From: Opitutales bacterium
Lineage (GTDB): Bacteria > Verrucomicrobiota > Verrucomicrobiia > Opitutales > JABSRG01
NCBI GenBank assembly: GCA_049599475.1
Contig: JBMYOQ010000019.1
Span: forward strand, 1 to 56,055
Direction: 5' to 3'
DNA: 56,055 bases
Shown: positions 46,996 through 56,055 of the stretch, piece after piece
Numbering within the stretch: position 1 is the first letter of the stretch
How the letters are laid out: the number at the start of each line of letters is the position of its first letter
Notes under the pieces: generated by a model
Told to the model about the DNA's origin: nothing
Database searches by the model: none
What the model saw: the letters and a program-made list of their open reading frames with translations, nothing else
Position numbers and translations under genes: made by a program

Positions 46996-49900
46996 TTAGC
47001 GGATCGTCAGGGCTGAGAGGCTTTGCGCTGAATCTGTTTTATTGAGGGGGCCAAAAACGGGGTAAGCATATGCGTCGGGGGAAAAATACAGGTTTCCATC
47101 GTCGAGTACCCATAGGAGTTTTTCGATTTTTGTCTCATCTTGATAATGCATTGCTTTATCGAGTGATTCTACACCTATGGAATGGTTAGACAGGTCGGAT
47201 GATATTCTTATCCAGACCCTATTAGATCCTTCATCAGTGAAATTTTGCAGTGTTTCAAAATCTGAACTCTGCTCGATTACGAAGACTTCTCGGTCGAATT
47301 GAGCATCGAGCGCCTTGAGGTCGTCGGCGTTCATCTCTGAATGTAATTTGATAATGGACATTTGCGGGTTTGAGGCGTCCTCAAGAGCTTGAGCTTGTCT
47401 TGCCCATTCGGTTTGGCCTGAGGTCATGAATCTTCGTATTGCTTTTTTTCGGGAATCAGGATTCTGCCAATGTGCAGAAAATTCCCATTCGAGGTTTGGG
47501 GTCTGTAAGGCTGCATTGAACGATTCCAGAGGGACGCCGAGAGTCCTGAGGTGCTTGAGTGAATGTGTGGGTAAAAATTCTAGATTCTCAAGAGCAGTAA
47601 AGCTGAGATCGAGATCTGTCAGGGAGGTCTGTGCTATATGCGGGAAAGTTTCTATGGGGGTGTGAGATACGTCGAGTGTGCGCAGGTTTGGGGTGCGCGT
47701 TATAAATTCCGTATCCGAGATTCGAGTGTGGCTGAGCTCAAGTATGCGCAAATTGGGTAGAGGGCGGCTCCAGAAAATCTCGGCAATGGGCGTGTGAGAG
47801 GCCGATAGCTTACTGATGCCTTGGATCTCCTGGATCGATTGTATATCACTAATTTTGGTATGAGAAAGGTCTAGGGAATCGATTGAGAGGCCTGCTATGG
47901 CGTCTATGTCCTCAATAGGGTTTTCACTCAGATTGAGAGTCTCCAGCTTTTTTATATTGCTTGGGTTAAAGCCTTGTATGGAAGAGACTCGGTTTGATGC
48001 GAGGTTGAGTTCCTTTAGGGGGAGTGCGTTGAGTGGCTTTAAGTCTTCGATTCTATTGCCGCTGAGATCTAGGTGCTCGATAGGCATTTGGGCAATAGGT
48101 GATAGATCTGAAATACCACTGTTTCTGATTTTGAGAGCTTTCAGATTTAGGCTTTGTATTGGCCAAAAACTTACGGGCCCAATGGAACGATTCGTTTCGA
48201 TTTCTGTGAGTCCTTTGGTTTGTCCTAACCAATATATGAGCCTTTGTCCTTCTGAAACTATGGCATCCCGAGGCATGTTTCTCGCAAGCGTATCGGCGAT
48301 TTTCGTTTCAGGGTTGCTTCTAAATATATTGGGTAGCTTGGCGAGGGCCTGATCATATTTTCCGTCGTCCCAGAGCTTCCAGGTCTTGGCTTCCTCTTCG
48401 GTGCGTAAGAATTCGCTCTTTGCTGTACCTAAATATCCCGCTTCTCGAATCAGCAAATTTCTGTATGCGGATCCGTGTTTGTGATGAAGGTAGGCCGCCC
48501 TCTCGAATGCATCCGAGTACCATTTTCCCATTTCGGGATTTTGCATGATTGCTAGATATTCTCGTATGAGCTCTGTGGGGCCTGCGTTTGTCGCGAGGAT
48601 GTCGAGGCTTTGGATCGGGTCAGTATAAGCAGGACGGCGATATTGGTTGATCTCGAGATTTTGAATACTGATTGTCGAATTCTCTGAGAATTTGAAGGAT
48701 AGGTAGTTTTCACCGAAAGGCATCCATGGTAAATGGGGTGTTTTCAAAATCGTGCTGTTATCGATTTGGATGAGTAGGCCGTTCGGGGTGCTCTCAATTG
48801 TTAGCGGAACCGGACTTTGGTCCGTGGCTAATTGATAGGTATGCTCGCGTGTGATATTGAGGGTGGGGAGGCCGGGTGCAGACGATGAAACACTGTGAGG
48901 AGTCGATGGGTCTGCTGAAATGTGAATTTCGAGTATAGGTTGTTGAGTTTCTTCGATTGTGTTTTCGTTTACTAGTGTTACCTCAAATCCCCCTTTGAGC
49001 TCGCTGGTCGCTAGGTCGGCTTTTAACTGAAAGTATTTAAATTGTGGATGTGTGCTGAGGAATTCAATTGAACCGTTATCAGATTTTATAGCCTCAAAGT
49101 ATTTCGATATGTTGAAGTCTGCTGAGGTGAGATTCCCTGGATGGTTCAGTAATGGTGTCCAGTCGGTGTCGAATTTCTCGCGCGTAGATAGGGTGAAGTA
49201 GAAGAGGAGTGCTGTAAGGATGATGGATGCGATAGCAGTGTGCACGCGTGATTTGTTTCTGGAGTATGAACGGTCTACTCGATAGAGCCAGGTGCGCTTT
49301 CTTGCTGAAACTTCTTTGTTTTCTATTATCTTTCGAAGGTCGAGCGCTAGTTCGTTTAGGTCTTTGTATCTGTTCTCTGGATGTTCCTGACAGGCCTTCT
49401 GGCTTACGGCTTCTAGGTCTTTGTTGAATAGCCTGTTTTGCAGAAGTGCTATCCTTTGCTCCTCTTTGTGGATAGTTTTATTTGTCTTTAACTTCTCAAT
49501 GTTTGGCGTCAGGTGGGTTTGCGAGAGTTCTGTAGGGCAAGGGGTTTCCAGTAGGTGGGTGACCCATCTTAATATAATGCCGAGTGTGTATATGTGAGAA
49601 ACTTCAAGGACGGGTTCGTTATACCTTGAAACCTCAGGTGGGCTAAACAGGCACATCCCTTTGACTGTATCAAAATTTGCGTGACGATTTGTTAGTATTT
49701 TTGAGAACTGCCCTCTGCGCATTGATTCGGGAGCCCATCGAAAACATGATAGAAGCCAGCCGCGTTGTTCGTCTGCTAGGATATCATCCCACTGCAAGAT
49801 CGGGCGCGTGAGTTCGTTGTTGTAGGCAAAGCTGAGTCCGTCGCAGATCTGGATTATTTTTTGTAAGTAATAATCTCTGGTTGATATCTTGCGAATAGTT

Positions 49901-50295
49901 TGATTGCGCGTGAGGGATGGCAGGGTGGCGCGTGTCCACGATGTGGTTTTCGGCTTGGCGTTTTCTTCAATTGACGGATCAATTGGATGCTCGTGCCAAT
50001 CGGTGCGTGGGCCTTCTAAAATACTGTTTGCGGCTGTTGAACCATCGATAAAATCTGAGGCCAGGAAAAAGAGACCATCTGATTTCCCCATCTCGAATAT
50101 GCGAGCGAAACTATTGTGCTTGAGCTTCGTAAGGAGGGAAACCCAGCGCGTGAGGTCTGTATCGAAATTCTCGTCCTTATGTTTCGGTATCTCGAATGTT
50201 TTTAGTGCGGCGGTATTTCCGTAGCCGTCGCGTGCTTTCCACATTTTCCCTTCCTGGAGGTCGCCGATCCGGTGAAGGAGATGGTATTTGCCCAA
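46996..50295 (-). CDS. Degenerate Ser/Thr kinase-like domain + TM helix + leucine-rich-repeat protein (probable C-terminal part of a split gene)
   Basis: GKYHLLHRIG...AALK, FSPPE, HIYTLGIIL, KACQEHPENRY; TM AIASIILTALLFYF; LRRs LDLSGNRIEDL, LNLASNRV, LNLSENPIEDI, LDLSHTKISDI, LELSHTRISD, LDVSHTPI. Confidence 0.78.
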   Translation of the reverse strand: MGKYHLLHRIGDLQEGKMWKARDGYGNTAALKTFEIPKHKDENFDTDLTRWVSLLTKLKHNSFARIFEMGKSDGLFFLASDFIDGSTAANSILEGPRTDWHEHPIDPSIEENAKPKTTSWTRATLPSLTRNQTIRKISTRDYYLQKIIQICDGLSFAYNNELTRPILQWDDILADEQRGWLLSCFRWAPESMRRGQFSKILTNRHANFDTVKGMCLFSPPEVSRYNEPVLEVSHIYTLGIILRWVTHLLETPCPTELSQTHLTPNIEKLKTNKTIHKEEQRIALLQNRLFNKDLEAVSQKACQEHPENRYKDLNELALDLRKIIENKEVSARKRTWLYRVDRSYSRNKSRVHTAIASIILTALLFYFTLSTREKFDTDWTPLLNHPGNLTSADFNISKYFEAIKSDNGSIEFLSTHPQFKYFQLKADLATSELKGGFEVTLVNENTIEETQQPILEIHISADPSTPHSVSSSAPGLPTLNITREHTYQLATDQSPVPLTIESTPNGLLIQIDNSTILKTPHLPWMPFGENYLSFKFSENSTISIQNLEINQYRRPAYTDPIQSLDILATNAGPTELIREYLAIMQNPEMGKWYSDAFERAAYLHHKHGSAYRNLLIREAGYLGTAKSEFLRTEEEAKTWKLWDDGKYDQALAKLPNIFRSNPETKIADTLARNMPRDAIVSEGQRLIYWLGQTKGLTEIETNRSIGPVSFWPIQSLNLKALKIRNSGISDLSPIAQMPIEHLDLSGNRIEDLKPLNALPLKELNLASNRVSSIQGFNPSNIKKLETLNLSENPIEDIDAIAGLSIDSLDLSHTKISDIQSIQEIQGISKLSASHTPIAEIFWSRPLPNLRILELSHTRISDTEFITRTPNLRTLDVSHTPIETFPHIAQTSLTDLDLSFTALENLEFLPTHSLKHLRTLGVPLESFNAALQTPNLEWEFSAHWQNPDSRKKAIRRFMTSGQTEWARQAQALEDASNPQMSIIKLHSEMNADDLKALDAQFDREVFVIEQSSDFETLQNFTDEGSNRVWIRISSDLSNHSIGVESLDKAMHYQDETKIEKLLWVLDDGNLYFSPDAYAYPVFGPLNKTDSAQSLSALTIR

Positions 50296-50331
50296 AATCC
50301 TCTTTTGTTCATCTGGGCTCTTCGCTTCCTC

Positions 50332-51564
50332 CTAGGGCAACTCGTATTCATTGCTCAATGGATCGGTCTGGAGCTGCCTGGCTTCGATGAGCGGAATCGG
50401 GCGGATAATACCTTTAACAACGACCCGACACCGATAGGTAAAGTGATAGATCGCGCGCTCTTGTTCGGTAAGGACGTTGGGGCCAACGGCAATGGCTTTG
50501 CCTTCTTGATCCGGGGATAGTGGTAGGAGCTCGTCGACAAATTGACGGCGTTTATCTTCGAGTCCATGGCCGGATCCGCCACGTTTGATAATTTCTCGGC
50601 ACTCCCAGTCGGGAGGCAGGGCGTCTAGGAAAGCATCTAGGGTTTCTTCGGTGAGCAAAATTTGACCGGGTCCGGCGACGTTAGCGATTCGCGATGTCAG
50701 ATTCACTACGGAACCTATGACCGTAAATTCTTGGTAGGACTCGGAACCAATATTCCCGATAAGCATGTTTCCCGAGTGGATGCCGATGCCGCACGGGAGC
50801 ATAGGCCGACCGCGTTTTTTACAGTCTTCACGAATTTGATCCATGCGTTTGATCTGTGAACAAGCACTTCTCACTGCGTTGAATGCATGCGGCCGGGTAA
50901 AGGTATCGGCTCCATATAGAGCCATGACTTCGTCTCCGATGAGTTTGTCGATCCAGCCCTTGTGCTGCCAAACCCGATCCATAATTGTCTCGAGGTAGGT
51001 GTTTAGAAGATCACGGCTTTCCTCAGGCTCAAGGGACTCGCTTAGAGCAGTGAATCCGCGAAGGTCGGTGAACGAGACTGTGAGAATGCGTCTCTCAGGT
51101 AGTCGCATTTGATCCAGTTTTGACTCCGACATACGGAGGATTTCAGGAGACACGAAGCGTTCCAAGATACGTTGTCGGCGAACGAGTCCAGTCTGGGGGA
51201 AAAAGTGGATTTCGATGTCGTCACCACTCCTCAGCCAGCGAACCAGCATTTTTGAGCTGTCTCCGGCTTCTGACCAAAAAGCGTCCGAAAGGGTGTCATC
51301 GCCCGCGATCTGATCCAGAATCCGCAGGACTGTCCTGAAATATCGTTTGGGTAAGACTGCCTGAGTATTTTCGATTTGCTTCTCTCTGAGTGCACCGGGA
51401 GGCAAATTTAGCTCATCGAGGAGAGATTGACTCACCCAGCGAATCGAACCGTGTTTGCTAACATGTATTACGAACGGGACGGGCATGTCGGCCCCGCTCG
51501 ATGAATCCCCTCGATTTGAGGGTTCAGACGGATGTGTGCTGGACTGAGGTTTGTTTGGATTCAC
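50332..51564 (-). CDS. Class III adenylate/guanylate cyclase with PAS-like N-terminus (in frame with the downstream kinase-LRR ORF)
   Basis: TVSFTDLRGFTALSE, IDKLIGDEVMALYG, GIGIHSG, FTVIGSVVNLTSRI, VKG; Lys and Thr specificity positions suggest ATP as substrate. Confidence 0.85.
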   Translation of the reverse strand: MNPNKPQSSTHPSEPSNRGDSSSGADMPVPFVIHVSKHGSIRWVSQSLLDELNLPPGALREKQIENTQAVLPKRYFRTVLRILDQIAGDDTLSDAFWSEAGDSSKMLVRWLRSGDDIEIHFFPQTGLVRRQRILERFVSPEILRMSESKLDQMRLPERRILTVSFTDLRGFTALSESLEPEESRDLLNTYLETIMDRVWQHKGWIDKLIGDEVMALYGADTFTRPHAFNAVRSACSQIKRMDQIREDCKKRGRPMLPCGIGIHSGNMLIGNIGSESYQEFTVIGSVVNLTSRIANVAGPGQILLTEETLDAFLDALPPDWECREIIKRGGSGHGLEDKRRQFVDELLPLSPDQEGKAIAVGPNVLTEQERAIYHFTYRCRVVVKGIIRPIPLIEARQLQTDPLSNEYELP

Positions 51565-51649
51565 CGGTTTTAGAGAGTCCGCGATTCGGACACTCTAAAA
51601 TTCGGTAGCAAGGGGCGCTGTATTGAGCGCTAAGGAGAGAATGAGATCT

Positions 51650-52594
51650 CTATTTCAGTCCTAGTTCGGACTGGAAGTAGGCAATTGTTTTCTCCAGCCC
51701 TTGGCGCAGTGCGATTTGCGGCTCCCAATCGAGCAGTTCTTTCGCTTTGGCGATATCTGGTCTGCGCTGCATCGGATCATCCTGCGGGAGCGGGTGGAAA
51801 ACGAGTTTGGAAGACGAGCCTGTGATTTCGATCACGAGTTCTGCTAGCTGTAGCATCGTGAATTCGCCTGGATTTCCGATATTTACCGGGGTGATGACGT
51901 CCTCGGTATTCATCAAGCGCATCATGCCTTCTAGCAAGTCGTCGACAAAGCAGAAAGAGCGAGTTTGGGTTCCATCGCCGAAAATGGTGATGTCTTGCCC
52001 TTGAAGTGCTTGGACAATGAAGTTCGATACTACGCGTCCATCCTCAGGGTGCATGCGTGGTCCGTAGGTGTTGAAAATTCGCATAATGCGAACATCCACG
52101 CCGTTCTGACGGTTATAGTCGGTAAAGAGTGTTTCGGCGCAGCGTTTGCCTTCATCGTAGCAAGAGCGTGGGCCAATGGTGTTCACATTTCCCCAATATG
52201 CTTCGTTCTGTGGGTGCTGGTCCGGATCTCCATAGATTTCCGAAGTAGAGGCCTGAAGCACGCGTGCATTCACACGTTTGGCCAAACCTAGGGCGTTGAT
52301 GGCTCCCATTACGGAAGTCTTGATCGTCTTGATCGGGTTATACTGGTAATGAACGGGTGAAGCTGGGCAGGCGAGATTGTAGATCTGATCAACCTCGAAC
52401 TTGAAAGGGTCCACCACGTCATGGCGCACGAACTCGAAATTTGGGTTCTGGAGCAGGTGGTGAATATTAGATTTCCGACCTGTAAACAGATTGTCCAGGC
52501 AGATGACACTATGTCCTTGTGCCAGAAGCTTGTCACATAGATGGCTTCCAAGGAAACCCGCTCCACCGGTTACGAGAATGGTTTTTTGACCCAT
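51650..52594 (-). CDS. UDP-glucuronate decarboxylase (UDP-xylose synthase)
   Basis: [78 protein letters not shown]; start at ATG 52594. Confidence 0.94.
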   Translation of the reverse strand: MGQKTILVTGGAGFLGSHLCDKLLAQGHSVICLDNLFTGRKSNIHHLLQNPNFEFVRHDVVDPFKFEVDQIYNLACPASPVHYQYNPIKTIKTSVMGAINALGLAKRVNARVLQASTSEIYGDPDQHPQNEAYWGNVNTIGPRSCYDEGKRCAETLFTDYNRQNGVDVRIMRIFNTYGPRMHPEDGRVVSNFIVQALQGQDITIFGDGTQTRSFCFVDDLLEGMMRLMNTEDVITPVNIGNPGEFTMLQLAELVIEITGSSSKLVFHPLPQDDPMQRRPDIAKAKELLDWEPQIALRQGLEKTIAYFQSELGLK

Positions 52595-52711
52595 ACCGCG
52601 AGTAAGTTCCCTAGAAATCAATTATCAATATAAAATCTAGCCTCAGCGAAAATATTCTGAAGCCCTCAAATAATTAATCAGACTTTTTATTGTTGAATCG
52701 TTTTAATGTAC

Positions 52712-52744
52712 AAAAAAGGCCCACCGTTCGAGACGGTGGGCCTT
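52712..52744 (-). terminator. Rho-independent terminator of fusA
   Basis: 12-bp perfect stem AAGGCCCACCGT / ACGGTGGGCCTT with 5-nt loop and a T-run on the minus strand, 24 bp after the fusA stop. Confidence 0.88.
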
Positions 52745-52768
52745 GGGGAAGTGTCTAAGCGTTCGCGC

Positions 52769-54856
<2,088 letters not shown>

Positions 54857-55101
54857 GATTTTGGATTTTTGGATTAGTAAATTGCTTTCTGTTCCCGGCC
54901 CGCCTCGTGCAAAATGGGGTTTCTTTACGGTGAGTCGTGCGAGGAGCCTGAAGTCTCTTGGGCTCTTCAACCGAGAAATGAAAAGGGGAGACAATGATGA
55001 CGAATTCGAAAATGGCACGTATTTTCTTGAGAAAACTGCATTTTCTTACCTGGAGCAAAGGTAGTGTTGACTTCTCACCAGAGAACTTTGAATCGAAAGG
55101 G

Positions 55102-55779
55102 ATGGTGAGGTTATACGAAAAATTTACACGAGGACGGTTGCTTAGTGCGGCTATCGTTACTGTTTTGATGATGCTTGGCGGCTGCTACACGCTTGAGCAG
55201 GCGACGATTTCGAAGAATTCCATGAGCAATGGGCAGGTAGGCTATAACGGATATAAGATTAGCGTGCCCCATGGCTACGTGTCTATCGATGATCCCAGTG
55301 TTGCAGACCTTGATTTCTCATTTCTGAGAGAAAGTTCAAAGGAGCAAATCCATAGCTTTAGCAGTAGTGCTCTAATCAGAGATGTTCATCACTTTTATAA
55401 TCGCGATAGAGAAGCGATTATAACGGTTAAAGTTAGCGAAAAGCGGGGAGGCATTAGCCGAGCATTCTCGGATACTGTATATTATGAGAGTCAAACCGTT
55501 TCAGGTCAGCCAGTAAAAAATCGTATGGAGTATTGGTATGCAAATGCCCAGGAGCGAATTTACACCAATGTGGTAGGTGAGTGGGAGAAAATTTCAGGTG
55601 AGGGGACTGCTGCTTTCCTAAAGTCAGGTTACTTTAATGGCAGTAATAGGTATTTCGCTGGCTGTGTTTTGTATGGTAATTACAACGAGGCTTTTTTTAT
55701 CTCCGGTGAAATTTTAAATGGCGATCTTGAAACGATTCGCCGCGATGTGATTGCTACAGTGAGCTCGCTTCAGCTCTAG
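55102..55779 (+). CDS. Hypothetical lipoprotein
   Basis: Hydrophobic stretch ending in lipobox LGGC; start ATG 55102 chosen to avoid overlap with the fusA leader. Confidence 0.6.
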   Translation: MVRLYEKFTRGRLLSAAIVTVLMMLGGCYTLEQATISKNSMSNGQVGYNGYKISVPHGYVSIDDPSVADLDFSFLRESSKEQIHSFSSSALIRDVHHFYNRDREAIITVKVSEKRGGISRAFSDTVYYESQTVSGQPVKNRMEYWYANAQERIYTNVVGEWEKISGEGTAAFLKSGYFNGSNRYFAGCVLYGNYNEAFFISGEILNGDLETIRRDVIATVSSLQL

Positions 55780-55826
55780 GTTCTGATAGCTCCCAGATTC
55801 TTCGAATCTCAACCCTTTAAAATGAT

Positions 55827-55864
55827 GACGCGCGGCTTACCCCTAAGCCGCGCGTCTTTATTTC
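55827..55864 (+). terminator. GC-rich hairpin (13-bp stem, CCCC loop) followed by a T-rich tract; terminator or part of an ncRNA
   Basis: GACGCGCGGCTTA-CCCC-TAAGCCGCGCGTC-TTTATTTC, 47 bp after the lipoprotein stop. Confidence 0.65.
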
Positions 55865-55986
55865 TACTTCACTATACGTTGTTACCCCAAACTCCCATAG
55901 GGAGAATATCTCGATCAAGGTAGGTCCCAATTGGACTGACAAGCTTTTTTGCAAAATCTTTCTCAAAATTGTTCAGAAAATAAATA

Positions 55987-56015
55987 AGCGCGCGGATCCC
56001 CCCGGTCCGCGCGCT
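55987..56015. repeat. Second GC-rich hairpin with C-run loop, related to the 55827 hairpin
   Basis: AGCGCGCGGATC-CCCCC-GGTCCGCGCGCT (12-bp stem with one G-T pair), preceded by AAATAAATA. Confidence 0.6.
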
Positions 56016-56055
56016 CTAAGTGGTCTTATACCAGTTCGAATAATTATTGAGCTTT

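Noticed and set aside
50332..50334. Pyrrolysine or alternative-code decoding of the in-frame TAG
   Set aside because: No pyl genes are in the window, and many genes here end normally in TAG (for example ackA, pta, argS), so TAG is a standard stop.

Overview
Bacterial chromosomal segment with about 46 protein-coding genes and no recognisable rRNA, tRNA, CRISPR array, transposase or integrase. Gene content and protein styles suggest Verrucomicrobiota (Opitutia-like); this is inference. Housekeeping genes: argS, ackA-pta, rsmE, comM/yifB, a UDP-glucuronate decarboxylase and a stand-alone fusA. A large respiratory cluster encodes a Cu-type P1B ATPase followed by alternative complex III (actA-F plus an ActG-like subunit) running directly into ccoS-ccoN-ccoO and a monoheme cytochrome c. 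The main candidate for an undescribed system is 41672-46944 (minus strand): a sigma54-type promoter, a Tat-exported L-amino acid oxidase-family flavoenzyme, a membrane cytochrome c whose N-terminal half is a paralog of the ActG-like subunit, an ammonium transporter, and a membrane-anchored protein made of three fused Rid (imine deaminase) domains. It looks like a periplasmic machine that strips ammonium from amino acids and may pass the electrons to the ACIII-cbb3 chain. A second exported triple-Rid paralog lies at 14801-16120. Other leads: an SRPBCC / eukaryote-like sphingolipid delta-4 desaturase / membrane FMO / TauE operon (34721-39848); an adenylate cyclase and a pseudokinase-TM-LRR ORF in one frame split by a single TAG; an SDR-fold protein with a histone-H1-like tail; an RTCTCA motif cluster upstream of the ACIII operon; and twin C-loop hairpins at the window end. 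All family assignments come from motif recognition by eye, not database searches.
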